DNA from: Blastocladiella emersonii ATCC 22665
Taxonomy: Eukaryota; Fungi; Blastocladiomycota
Assembly: GCA_025594325.1 (NCBI GenBank)
Contig: JANHCV010000014.1
Coordinates: forward strand, 868,001-932,000
Reading direction: 5' to 3'
Length of the DNA stretch: 64,000 nucleotides
Part shown: positions 37,071 to 49,652 of the stretch, piece by piece
How positions within the stretch are numbered: the stretch's first letter is position 1
Layout: every line of letters starts with the position of its first letter
Notes under the pieces: model-generated
Seen by the model: the letters and a program-made list of their open reading frames with translations, nothing else
Database searches by the model: none
What the model was told of the DNA's origin: nothing
Translations under genes and position numbers: made by a program

Positions 37071-38255
37071 ATGAACTCACATGAATACAACTCCATGCAA
37101 CGCAAACTACCGGTTCTTTCAAAATCGATCGTCGAGGAGATCCTGATGCAGGCCGTCCTCGCCGACTCGCGCGGCACGGACCCGTTCCCGCTCCTGCGCG
37201 TTGCTCCCGGCCTTGCTCGCCTTCGCCGCCTCGTTCTGCACGTGTCCATGCACCCGCGCTTCTGCGACCTGGCGCTCGAGCGCAACCAGTCCTCGCTGCG
37301 CGAGCGGCTGATTGAGTCGCGCGAGCCTGCTGCCGAGGGTGACCAGTTCGACAACGAGGACTGCGCACGCTCCGAATTTTACGGCGCGCTGCTCTGCGCC
37401 TCGCGTGGCCCCGAGGAGCTGGGCGACTGGATCGAGTCTACGCCCCGCCTGCGCAACACCACCCGGCTCATCGAGGTGGCTTCTGCGCACAACAACGACG
37501 AAGCGCTGGACTGGCTCCGCGAGAGCGACTTTATCGAGGACGAAGAGTACTCGGAGCGCGCCTTGGACGAGGCCTTTTGCTCGCGGAGCTGGGACGCCGT
37601 TGACTGGTGGCGGCGGTCCGGCTTGACGCCCAAGTTCACAAAGCGCGCCTTCCCTGCGCTCGTCGAGCGCGACGACTTTGGCCTGATCGAGTGGCTGGAC
37701 CGCGAAGGCCCGCGCGGCGCCATGGGCCACCCGTACAACGGGATCGGCCACCCGCATGAGCTCGGGCAGCTCGCGCTCGTCGCTGGCAGCTACGAGATTG
37801 TCAAGCGGCTGTCGACGCACAAGCTGTACAAGCACTGGATCCGCGAGGCCGAGTGGTACGGCGTCGTCATGGACCTCGTCAAGACCGAGAACGTGCGGTC
37901 GCTCCGCTGGGTGTACTATGAGGCCGAGGGTTACGGCTTCTACCTCGAGGATATGTCTTACTACAGCGAGCTCTGGCAGGAGGCCGTCGAGTGCGCCAGC
38001 AAGCACAACAAGCTCGCGAGTCTTGGCTGGCTCGCCAAGACGTTCCACAAGCACGGGTTCGAGTGTCCCGCGAGCTGGGCGGATGTGAACCCGGGCGACA
38101 ACGAGGACCAGGTCGTCGCGCGGCTCAACTGGTGGCTCCAGGCCGGTGTCCCGCTGCAAGTCGACCTGCAGGCGCTCAACAAGGCGGTCGCACTCGGGTA
38201 CAACCGCGTGTTCGAGTGGTGGATGGGATCGGGGCTCGTGCCAGAGTACCAGTGA
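37071..38255 (+). CDS. Ankyrin-like-repeat protein A2 (394 aa) with F-box-like N-terminus, intact
   Basis: Repeats ASAHNNDEALDWL, AFCSRSWDAVDWWRRSGL, ASKHNKLASLGWL and AVALGYNRVFEWWMGSGL. Leader MNSHEYNSMQ. Confidence 0.8.
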   Translation: MNSHEYNSMQRKLPVLSKSIVEEILMQAVLADSRGTDPFPLLRVAPGLARLRRLVLHVSMHPRFCDLALERNQSSLRERLIESREPAAEGDQFDNEDCARSEFYGALLCASRGPEELGDWIESTPRLRNTTRLIEVASAHNNDEALDWLRESDFIEDEEYSERALDEAFCSRSWDAVDWWRRSGLTPKFTKRAFPALVERDDFGLIEWLDREGPRGAMGHPYNGIGHPHELGQLALVAGSYEIVKRLSTHKLYKHWIREAEWYGVVMDLVKTENVRSLRWVYYEAEGYGFYLEDMSYYSELWQEAVECASKHNKLASLGWLAKTFHKHGFECPASWADVNPGDNEDQVVARLNWWLQAGVPLQVDLQALNKAVALGYNRVFEWWMGSGLVPEYQ

Positions 38256-40313
38256 GTTGGAGTGCGCCTTCACGTCCGCTGTTCTCAGCTGTAGCTTTAG
38301 CGAAGCTGAGTTTCTGTTTGAGCAATTGAAACCTATCAGAGACATCAACCTGCACGTGAACCAAGCTTCGTCTGCAGTTCTGGCCCCCGACCCCAATTCT
38401 CTTGGTCTAGCTCTCATTCCAAGTCCCCGACTCCCCGCATTGGCCTCAGCCCGGTGTAATAAAAATTCTGACACTGCTTATTTGATGCGGCGACCTACTT
38501 GAAAGTCTTCAAATGTGCATCAACCTGGAGTGGCAGTGGAGCGGTCAGTCGGTGCTGTCTCCCACTGCTGCGCCACCCGCTGAGCCACCCGATGAGCCAC
38601 CGCTCTCCGACCCCGCCTGCACCTCCGTCGCCAACCGTTATGACCGCTTTCGAACAACAATCAGCGAAGTATCAAGGTCGCGCAAAAATCATTTTGAAAC
38701 ACCCGGCGCAAAATATAGGTCCTCTATTTCCGCTGGTTCCCTTAACTGTCTTCAATCTGGCCGCCCGAACTTCCGCGCTTCGATCCGCCTTTGTCTTTCT
38801 CTTTAGGCGCAAAAAAGTCAAGAGTTCGTGAATCGCCCGATTACCGAGGTAGTTCAAGGTCATGGATCTCGGTTGTCGTTCGCAAGGAAATGATTTCATT
38901 CTCGGCGATGGGTAGCGTCTACAAAGTGATTACTGAGGGGTAGCGATGACGTGACGTACACATTGACTGGAGAAAGCTCAACATGCACGCAGCAAGGCGA
39001 GAGCGGTGCGACGCGACCCCGAAACAGACGGTGAGTACAACACCGGGGTCCACGACCACGACTGGATCACGCCCGCTAACTGAGCCTAGCCCGGCGATAA
39101 AGAAGAAGGCTCAGCAGCGTCAGGCGTGTACGCGCCCACTGCATCATACTGAAAGTAGTCAGCCGCGAATCGTGCTTGACACCGCGTACCGCGTCGCGCG
39201 GGTCGACCTGCGCGACACAATTCTTTCTCGCTCCAACGCGTCGTTGACGAGGTTACAGGCGAGGCGCACATGCGCATCGTTGACGTGATCGACGTCAAGG
39301 ACTGGCCCTGCGTCAAGATCCCCTTGGGCTCGATCCTGATCGCTGGTCAGACGTCGGCCGCGGGCGAAATATCCTCACGGCGACGCTCGTTACGTTCCGC
39401 TCAATAGCCATCGCCCAGAACGCGAGTCAGGGTGACGCCCATACACTGCGGCGCTTCACGACGTCGTCCAAATTATCCAAGTTTTTATTAACCTTCCCGC
39501 CCACTGCAACACACCGCGCTTGATCCTTCACGCGCCGATCAGCAACCCAGCGACCGTCGCTGCCGCGGACCTGGCCTTGGCCTTCTCGTCAGTGGCTTCT
39601 TCCCTCGCGAAGAGTGCCGCCGATGCAGCCTCGTACCAGTTCGGAGAGGTGGATCGCAAGCTTACGAACCGCAACACAGAAAGCACACGGCGGGAACAGG
39701 TGCGTGAGGTCGACTGGTTCTTAGACTGCTTCTCATGGACCGAGACCATGAGCAGGTGCTCGGAGAACGTTCTCTCCAGCAAGGCTGCGGACGATCCGCG
39801 CTCAGGAACAAGGCGGCGTGGGCGGCCGCGACCTTGGCCACGAGGGCTTCTCCCGCTCCTCAACTTTGTTAACTCAGTTAACTTAACTGGTACGGACTTT
39901 CGGGCAACCAGCGCGACATGTTTGAGTCCAGCCTCAGTTCCGACCATGAGCCACGGCTTCGAGTGCTTGCTCAACCGAAAACGTGATTTTCCGCAGCCAC
40001 GACGCTCATGGCCATGGCGACGTTGGCCATAGACGCGTGCCTGCCGAGTGCGTTGTGCCTGCGCTGCTGTTCTCATCATCGACACGTCAGACTTCAGCTA
40101 CAGCTGAGACCCAAGTGTGTGCGCAGCACACACACCTAGTTGATTATACATCACATTGCTGAGCTCGATTTCTCGTCTTGAAGGCCTCGGACAGCGGCAA
40201 CGCGCCACGCCACATCACGTTTGAGCGGAGCGGCGATCGCCTGCATTCACGCAACTCGTTGATCGCCGCCGCCCACTCTCCCTCTCCTTCCCAACGCTAG
40301 ATCACGCTCAACC

Positions 40314-41486
40314 ATGAAGCTCAATGAAGACCACTCCATGCATCAGAGTCAGCCGACTCTCGCGCTCTCGATCGTCGAGGACATTTTGATCCGCGTCTTC
40401 CTTGACGACCCGTCGCTTACCCGCGTCGATCCGCTGCCACTTCTCGCCGTTGCGCCCGGCCTGAATCGGCTCCGCCGACTTGTCTTGCGGCTTGCCATTC
40501 ATCCCAACTTCCGGGCTTACGCTTTGAAGCCCGAGAACGAGCTGCTTCGCGACCGGCTGATCCAGTGCCGCGGGCCGGGCGACGATTTGGGTCGCGGCTT
40601 CGAGGACCCGGTCCGCTCCAAGTTCTACGCGCACTTACTCTGCGCCTCGGGCTATACCGACTTGCTCGACGAGTGGCTCAACTCGAACCCGCGGTACTAC
40701 GATGCGGCGGAGCTCGTCGACGAGGCGTCGGCGCACGGCCAGTGTGACGTCTTGGAGTGGCTCGAGTCCAACGAGCTGTTCAAGGGCTACTCGACGCGCG
40801 CCCTCGACGAGGTCATTTGCCGCGGCCACTGGCACACAGTCCAGTGATGGATGCGGTCGCGCTATCGCCCGCTGTTCACGGACCGCGCGGTGCAGGCGGC
40901 CATCCAGCAGGACAAGTTTGGTATCATCGACTGGCTCGAGCGCGTCAGCGGCCTTAGCGTCGGCGAGCCCGAGGACCTCGCGCACATGGCGCTCAAGGCG
41001 GGCAGCTTTGACATGCTCATGACCATGTGCGAGAGCAAGGTGTGGCGCTCGTGGCTGTCCAACATCGACTGGGAGGATCTTATCATGGATCTGCTCGCCG
41101 CCGAAAACACCAAGTCGCTCGACTGGATCATGTCCGAGGCCGACGCATTCGGCGCCGACCTGACAACCAACTACTTTGGCAAACCGCTTTGGCCCAAACC
41201 CATCGCGCTCGCCAGCCGCCACAACAAGATCAACAGTCTTACCTGGCTCTCGCAGTCGCTGTACGGCCACCAGTTTATCTGCCCCGCGACGTGGGCGGAC
41301 GTGAACAGCGGCGACGACGAAGACCAGGTTCTTGCACGGCTCGATTGGTGGCGGCTTCGGTCGGGTGTGACGCTTCCAGTCGACACGGGCGCGATCGACA
41401 AGGCCGCCGAGCTCGGGTTCCGCAAGGTTGTCGCGTGGTGGAAGGCGTCGGTTCTCGCTCCAGGTTACTTTGCGGGTCAGGAGTAG
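40314..41486 (+). pseudogene. Ankyrin-like-repeat gene A3 with one premature TGA
   Basis: Colinear with A2. TGA at 40845-40847 where A2 has W (VDWWRRS versus VQ*WMRS). Otherwise in frame to TAG at 41486. Confidence 0.85.
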
Positions 41487-41686
41487 CGCTATTGTGTATT
41501 TCAAGGGGTCATTCGATGCGAGAAATAGATTCAGAATTTGCCAGTCTTTCATCTTATGCAAACCAAAACGAGCCTCGCATCCGCATGCACGTCGCGTTGA
41601 TCAGGCGCACGTGTTCGCGTTCCCATGCTGCGAAACGCGACGCGACGCGTCGCCGAACGCGCTCTCTTCCGATCGAACCGCCAAAC

Positions 41687-44133
41687 ATGGATTCAATGAA
41701 GGAAACGCATCCCGACTTGATGCAATCTGCTGTATATGGTGTCGACGTCGAGCCCGTGGCAGCAGCAGTGGAGCCCGTCGCTGCTGCCCTACGCTTCACG
41801 GAGCTGCCCGACGCCGTCGTGACCTCGACTTTGCAACTGGCGTGGCCGCGTTCGACCGTCTCCACTGCTTCTAAATTTCTCACTGTTGCCGCTCGCGAGC
41901 TCTCGATCAACCGTATATGGGCGCCCGTTGTCCTTCGCCGTTTCATGAACCCGGTCCTTGTCGAGCTGTACAAGAAAGCGTACCCCAACCGTATCTTCAC
42001 CCAGATCGGCTTCGTTCTGCATCAAATGACTTTTAACGCGCGGTTTAAGACGCCCGTGAGCGGAATCGTTGGTCCGGATGCGCAGCTGCTCGAGACACTC
42101 ATGAAAGGCTTCTTGTTCGACCAGCGCCAACACGCACGTCGGAGGGCCGCGACAATCGAGAAAGAGCTGTTTTGGGCCGTAAAACGTTGCTTATACATGG
42201 CTCCCGACCCAGTTACTACCATTGAAAAGCTTCGGCCAAGCTACGCTACTCACGCGCACCTCCACGTGCCCTTTTACATCCTCGCTGCTGCCGTACTCAT
42301 GGACGACCCCGAGTTGCTCGAGCGCCTGCTCTCACTCGTCGAGCGGGATCTCCCCGTCATTCTCTCGATGCGCGTAATGTTTGCATGGTGGGGGCTAACC
42401 ATCGAGGGACTGATGGTCACGCACATGTACGCCTCTTTCGCGCACATGGGACCGGAAACGAACAAGCTCCTATCCATGCCGTTTATCGAACACCTGGTCC
42501 TGCTTTCAGCCGCCCTGTGGCGCGGTAACGCTTTCCGCGTTCTCAGCAATTCGCGTTTTGGCATCGATATGCAGACTCTCGCGCACTCGATTGGCGACAA
42601 CGTCATGGCACGGCTCTCCATCGTCAACCTGGTTTATCAAAATCACTCTGGTCCGCCCGCAGCCCGCATCCCCATTCTCGACTGGCTTCTACGCACGCGC
42701 AAGCCTGGCGCGCTTCGGTCAGACCGCGGGGCGCACATCCTCGACGTCTTGCTCAACCCACTTCCGCGCGATTACCTGCGCTACGCGCTCGAGCGCTACC
42801 CGGCTTGCTTTACCGAGGGAACCGAGGAGCGCGATGTTGAAGCGGTTCGAATCCGGATTTTCAAGTGGGGGGCGCCAAAACACGTCGACTTGGACTTGAT
42901 TGCGCGACTGGACGGGCTGGGTTTTATGAACTGCAAATCGTGGGCACGCATTCTCGGAATTGGCATGGTCGAGGAAGTTAACACTGGAATCAGCAGACTG
43001 CCCTCGTTTGTGTTCGAGCGGCTTGGGGAGCGATTCACGGAAGCTTTCATTCTGGGTGCGTTCGAACCTGATCCTGGAAACCACAAACCCTGACACACTC
43101 CATTGTAATAGCGTTTTATTGCAGCATCTTCGCGACCGGAACTTTCAGCCGTTGCACATCCCGCATCCTGCACTACGGACACCGCCAGCTCGGGCACGAG
43201 CGGTTTGTGACCTTGCTGCCTGCACTCGCCATGGCAGTGCATAGCGCGTTCGTTTCCTTGCGGCAACGTGTGGCCGACCCAATCGAATTCTCGAAAGCCA
43301 TCGCGCAGGCACTTGATCGGGTCTTCGGTCGTGCCGAGCGGCGCCAGCTCAGCCCATTGCTGTTGTTTCGCCTTGCCAACAAGTTCCTCACTATCACCCC
43401 CAATCCACAGGCGCATGACTTGCATTGTATGACGTGGCTCCCTGCTGTTGCCCTTGGCGACCCGGATACACGCGAGGCTGCGCTTTCACATGTCCGCGCC
43501 GAAGGTGCCGCGATCGCGGTGTATTACCTTTCCTTCTTTCTCCATATCCTGACGGACACCAGCGACGAGTCGACTTTACCCCCGCAGGACTCGCGCGAAG
43601 CGCCAGTGCACCGTTGCGCGCCTGAGACACACGCATCCTGGTTGGCTGCCATGCTTGACCTGCACGGGCTGATTCGCGAAAGCGCTAGCTCGCCCAGCTG
43701 CGCGGATGCGAGTATCTGTGCTGATTACGCCGAGTCCATCCGCAATCTTGCTCGGGACACGCTTCAGGACGGACTCCACGGCCACGTTGAGCGCGAACGT
43801 CTCGACCACCCGAACGCCACTTGTCCGCTGTGCCATGCGCCAGTGATCACACCCATGGAGCAGGTGCTCCGGTTCTTTCTCCGCGCCGAGCCCGCGGCAT
43901 CGCTCGCAGCGATTGACCCGGAAACGGCGCTTTCGCTTGACTTCTGGAAGCTTGTACCTGATGGTGCGCTCGACGGCGCCAAGGACGCGAAATGGTTCGT
44001 GACCATGGCGCGCACCTCGATCCGCGAGTTCGACAAGGTCACGGCGAGCGCGATCATTCGCGAGCTTCATCGCGTCGCGCCCGCGACGTCGGCTGGCGCT
44101 GTCAAGTTCCTGCTTGCGACCTTCACGCTTTAG
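41687..44133 (+). CDS. Family copy P7, intact
   Basis: join(41687-43055, 43112-44133). Intron GTGCGT/CTGAC/TAG splices in frame with no stops. Confidence 0.85.
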
Positions 44134-44504
44134 CAGTCGAGCGGCCTGGTCGGTACCGTCCTGGCAAGCGTCGCCGTCTGAATTCAGTCACTAAAGGTCA
44201 TTCTCTTGCATTCCACACATGTTGAGGAAAACCGAAGTCGCTCCGCATGGAGCCTCTCGCGGCACGAGACAGGAGACATGAGACGCGTCGATCAATCACG
44301 CGACAGTCATGTGATGTGACTGACACCACATTTTTGAGCACATCCGGCCATGTTCTGTTGTGGGTGCTCGGGATGTCGATTCTGTGTCCACATGAGAAGA
44401 AGAACACGTGCTGAAACATCAAGATTCGAGCGACCCAGGACGCATGGGAAGCTGACCGGGTGGAGCGAACCGTCGAAGCTCCCGCCGCGAACGCACTCCC
44501 AACC

Positions 44505-46957
44505 ATGAATCGAATGGACTCCCGTCATAACTCGCTGCAAACTGCCACAGAGGAGGCCGAAATCCCGTCGGTGGCACCGGCCGCGGAACCTGGTGTTGTC
44601 GTTGCACCCGTCACGGCGCTGCCGGACGCCATCTTGACGCTGGTCTTACAGCTTGCGCGGCCGCGCTCAATCTTGTGTGTTGCTTCTCGTTGCATCATTG
44701 GACCCGCCTGCGAGCCTTCGATCAACCGGATTTGGGCGCCGATCGTGCTCCGCCGCTCCTTCCGCCCGCAGCTCGCTGACTTGTACAAGCAAAATTCGCG
44801 CGGACTGCGCGTGTTTCACGAGCTTACGTTTCTGCTCAGCCAGACATACTTTAACTCGACGCTCAAATCACCGCTCCCAGGCGTCCTTGGTCCAGATGCG
44901 CAGCTTATGCGCGCGCTGATGACCGGGTTCCTCTTCGACCAGCGCCAGTACGCGCGCAAGCACGCTTCGACCCTCAGACGCGAGACGGCTTGGGCGTTAG
45001 CGGATATTTTCTATTCCTCAGTGGATCCGGTTGGCGACCTTGCCAGAGCGCGGTCGAACCAGGTCCTGCACCCGCATCTTGCTGCGCCGTACCTTCTACT
45101 CTGTGCCGCTGTGCACATGGACGATGCCGACCTGCTCACTGACTTGCTCGCCGCTGTTGAGCGAGACCTTCCTAGCGTTTTGAAGCGAGCCCTGCCGCCG
45201 TCGAAATGGTTCGCCTTAACACTGGAGGGTGAGCTCGAGCTCAGCAATTCCTGCATTCTTGCGGTTTTAGGCGACGCCCATGATAACAAACTTCAACCCA
45301 CTTCGCTGCTCGAGCACATGTGCTTGCTCTCGGCTGTCATGTGGTGTCCCAACTCGTTCCGCGTGCTCATCGACCCGCGCTTCCGCATCGACATGATGGG
45401 GCTAGCGCATGCATTTGGCGAAAACACGGTCGCGCCTTTTGCGCTCGCGACCCTTCCCAAACAAGACTTTTCGCGCCCAGCTGCCAATTACATACCAATC
45501 TTGGACTGGCTGCTGCGCAAGCGCAGACCCGGCCGCATGTGGTCGCCCGCCTGACTCCATCTCATCAACTATCTGCTTGCGCCGATCCCGCGTGACTTTG
45601 TACGTTTTGTCGCGGAGCACCACCCGGCCTGTCTCGCCGAAGGCATCGAGGAAAATGGTTTGCGAAACGTCCGACTTCAGGTCAGAGAGTGGAAGTACGA
45701 GCACCTCGATGCGGAGCTGCTCGCTCTCCTCGACAAGCACGGTGTGTTTAACGAAGGTACGTGGGCGGAAATTCTCTTGAAGGGCCTGGCGGAGGACGAC
45801 AGCACGGGTACCAGCGATCTCTCAGTATTTGTGGCCGAGCATCTTGAGTCACGGCTTGCTCTTGTACTCGTCGAAGGTATGCGCGTAGCTCGAGTGCTCC
45901 AGTCGACCTGTGGTGACATATTCTCGCTCCTCTTGTAGCATTCCGAGTAAGTGTTCTCGGCATTTACGAGGGTGGCCGCAGCGCGACCAACATCCTGGTC
46001 CACGCTTACCGTCAGCTTGGGCGCGAGCAGTTTGAAGCCGCGCTTCCCGACTTTGCGGCAGCACTGCAGGGCGACTTTGCCGTCATGGAGGAGGCGGCAG
46101 AAAATCAGCTCTCGGTCTCGCGGTTTATTGTGCTGACTCTAAACTGCATATTTGGGTGCAGCGAGCAACGTCGACTCAGCCCGTGGCTCCTGTTCTGCTT
46201 GGCCAACGAATTTCTCGCTGTCGCTCGTTCGCCAAACATGCATGATTTGCACGTTCTGGCTTGGCTCCCTGCCATTGTTCTCAACGACCCGAATATGCGT
46301 GACGCGGCGCTTCAGCAGGTCCGCGCCAAGGGTTCGACCACGGCGCGCATGTTTCTCTCTATCCTGCTCAACCATATCGTTGGCAGCCATACCAAGACGC
46401 TGTACTCGCCAACTCCGCGTGAGGAATCGCAGCGCTGCACGCTCGAGGTCCACGCTTCCTGGACAGCTGCCATGACTGAACTTCACCGGCTGATCCGCGA
46501 GGTCATGGGCTCGGCCTACACGCCGACCGGGTGGTTCCCTCCGGACCGTGCGGGATCTGTTCGAATTATTGCGCAGGCCAAGGGCCGCAGCGGGCTGCAG
46601 GGCCGCACTGACGACGAGCTCGCCGAGTACCCAAACGGCGTCTGTCCGCGGTGCCGCGTCCCGGTCGTTCCGCGCCTGAAGCAGGCGTTCCGGTTTCTGT
46701 TTCGTGCCGAGCCCGCGGCATCGCTTGCCGAGCTTGGACCCGACACGGTGCTCCCGCTCGACTTCTGGGAACTTGTGCCCGATGGCGCGCTGGACGGCGT
46801 CAAGGACGCCAAGTGGCTCATGAAGATGGCGCGGAGCACCAAGCATCAGCTCGACGCGGACACAGCGCGCGCGGTCTTCTGTGAACTCCGTCATGTTGCT
46901 CCGGTGACCACGGCCGGTGCGGTTGAGTCGCTGTTCGTCTCGCTCGAGCTGCAGTGA
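44505..46957 (+). pseudogene. Family copy P8, single premature TGA
   Basis: TGA at 45552-45554 where most paralogs have Gly. Intron 45877-45938. The rest is in frame. Confidence 0.85.
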
Positions 46958-47121
46958 GCAGTGAGCAGTGAGCGGGCATCGAGTGTGATTTCTTCAGTGT
47001 GGCGCGGGAGCGACCGCCGAGTTTATATCAGTTTCGTTTCCTCAACTTCATCGACTTTGGTTTCTAGATACGCTATGTTTGTGATGCCTCGTGTGCCCAC
47101 GAACCGCATCGAGAGGGGGAG

Positions 47122-47185
47122 ACGCGTCCATCAATCATGTGACCACGACGCGTTGTCAAGCCACTTTGCTTCTCACGCGACGCGT
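47122..47185 (+). promoter_or_regulatory. Composite element, P9 copy
   Basis: ACGCGT at 47122, ATCATGTGAC at 47134, and ACGCGT at 47148 and 47180. Confidence 0.55.
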
Positions 47186-47221
47186 TCAGCTTGCGCTCCC
47201 GATGATCGGCTCACCACGACC

Positions 47222-49652
47222 ATGAAACGAATGAAAGACCACACCGAGTTGATGCAAGCTTCTCTCGGGCATGCTGAAAGCGCTGACCTACCGTCCGCAG
47301 CACCCTCGGCGGAACCCAACGACTGCGCCGCACTATTCGCGGCGCTTCCCGACACTCCTGTCACATACATTCTCCAGCTCTCGCGGCCTCGCTCGAGATA
47401 TTGCAGCGCTTCGCAGTGTCTATTCGAAGCAGCACGCACACTTGCAATGAACAGGGTTTGGGCGCCGGTCGTGCTCTGCCGTTACATAAATCCTGTGCTT
47501 TTCGCCGAGTACCTGGCCTCGCGCGATTCAATCTTCTTTTATGAAGCTGAGTTCGTGCTTGAACAGCCATTCTTCAATAGCTTGCGCTCGTCTCCCATCG
47601 ATGGGATTGCGTATCCTGACCCTTTGCTTCTCATCGCGCTCATGGAGGGTTTCATGTACGACCAGCGAAGTTACTCGCAAACACACCCTGTGGCCTTCGA
47701 GAAGGCTTGGACCTGGGCCCTGCCAGTGCGTCTTTTGAAGCCAAACGACCCAGCCGTCAAGTTAAACATGCCTCAGCCAATCGATGCCACGTACATGGCT
47801 GCACCATACCTCATTCTTGGCGCAGCCGTGGTCATGGACGACGCCAAACTCCTCGAGACTTTGTTTGCTGTCGTCGAGCGCGACCTGCTCCTGGTCCTCA
47901 CTGTGGGCGCTTGTCCGACAGCCTGGTGGGGATAACCTTGCACGGCGAGCACTACCTGGCCAAGCACGGCGCGAACACACAAGTGCGCTTGGACCCTGCG
48001 AGTATTCAGAATCAAGCATCGTTTCTCGAACATCTCCTCCTGCTTGCAGTCGTCACTTGGCAACCCAACTCCTTCCGCTTTCTCAAGGACGCGCGTTGTG
48101 GATTCGACATGCAGTTGCTTCCGCACACGTTCGGCGACAACTCCATCTTGAGTTCCGTGATTGCGGCTCTCGTATTACAAAATCGCCCGCCCGCCGAGCT
48201 TATGCCGATCTTCGACTGGCTATTGAGCACTAGAAAGCCAGGTCCGTTGCTTACCACCCGTGGCCTTCCCATCATTTGCTACTTGTTTGATCATTCGCGG
48301 GTGCCAAGCGCATTCTTGCGCTACGCGTCGAGGCTCTACCCGAGCGTCCTCGCCGATGGATTGTCGCCTCGCATTGTGGAAAAGCTCAGAAAGCATGCGA
48401 TTCGTTTGACGTTCACCAAGCCCGGCATTGATCTTGTCGCCTCGCTCGACGATCTAGGACTGCTCGACACGGCGACTTCGACTTGGGCACGGATCCTTTT
48501 CTTGGAGATGACAAAGGATGAGACGAGTGAGTTCTCTTCGTTTATTGTTGCACAGCTTGGGCCTCGCCTAAGATTCGCACTCGTTGAAGGTACGCGCGAG
48601 CTGAGCGCCGTGCCAGCAATTAGTCTCCGCGGTTGCTTACCCCACGAATAACTGTAGCTTTCCGTGAGGGCGTTCTTTACGCTGAAGTTGACGGCCGCAG
48701 CGTCAAATGCATGCTTCTTCGCGGCTATCGTCGGCTTGAACAACACCACTTTGAAGCCGTAATCCCCGACTTGGCGGCTGCGTTGCGAGACGCTCTCGAT
48801 TACTTCAAAGAGCGTGTGAAGAGCAAGCGAGCTAATTCGTACCTGGCGAATCGAATGCTGGGGCACATATTTGGATGTGGGGAGCAACACCGGCTCCCCC
48901 CGTGGCCCTTGTTCTTATTCGCCAACGAATTCCTTGCCATCCTTCACAACCCTCACATCTTTGACCTGTCTAGCTTGGCATGGCTCCCTGCCATTGTCTT
49001 GAACGACCCTTGTACGCACGATGCCGCTCTCGAACAGATCCGAGCAAAGGGTACAGCAACTGCTCGCCTGTTTCTTGCCATCATATTCAACCGCCACCTT
49101 GTCATCCGCGGCAAAGCAATCCTTGCACCGGCCCCAAACGCGAGGACCGCCCGTTGCTCACCAGTGCCCGACGGTTCTTGGACGGTGGCCATGCTGGAAC
49201 TGCAGCAGTTGCTGTTTGAAAACACGGGCTTGCCCGTTGCGTGCTTTCCTTCCGACTCCACTTGTCGCGCAATCGTCGCCACGCAAGGCAAAGATTGTTC
49301 CAGTCCTTTCGAGTCGAGGTTGGCCCAGTGCCTGATTGAGGCCTGCCTGCGGTGCTCCGAAATCTTCATCCCGCACGACCAGGCGTTCCAACCCTTGCTC
49401 TGGACCGGGCCTGTTGCTATGTTCGCGGAATTTGGTTACAAGACGGCGCTCCCTCTCGATTTCTGGGAGCTCGTGCCAGACGGTGCACTTGAAGACGTCG
49501 CGGACACCAAGTGGGTCACGCAAATGTCGCGGGTGCTGCGTGATTTTGACACAGAGTTGGCGCGTGCAGTCTTTCGAGAACTCCACCATGTCGCACCCTT
49601 GAAGACAAGCCGACTGGCTGAGTTTCTAATGATTACGCTCGAGCTCGATTAA
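47222..49652 (+). pseudogene. Family copy P9, single 1-nt frameshift
   Basis: WWG then taaccttg at about 47933, lacking one base relative to WWGLTxxG. Intron 48590-48657. Exon 2 is intact to TAA at 49652. Confidence 0.8.

Noticed and set aside
6550-38474. Long overlapping or antisense ORFs (for example 6550-7479 +, 9919-11592 +, 10565-11776 -, 29556-30212 +, 37119-38474 -)
   Set aside because: These are shadows of GC3-rich real genes, with low-complexity Arg/Ala/Gly translations and no motifs.
41027-41686. 220-aa N-terminal extension of P7 implied by the 41027-43093 ORF
   Set aside because: It is an off-frame read of A3 plus intergenic DNA. The family start is ATG 41687.
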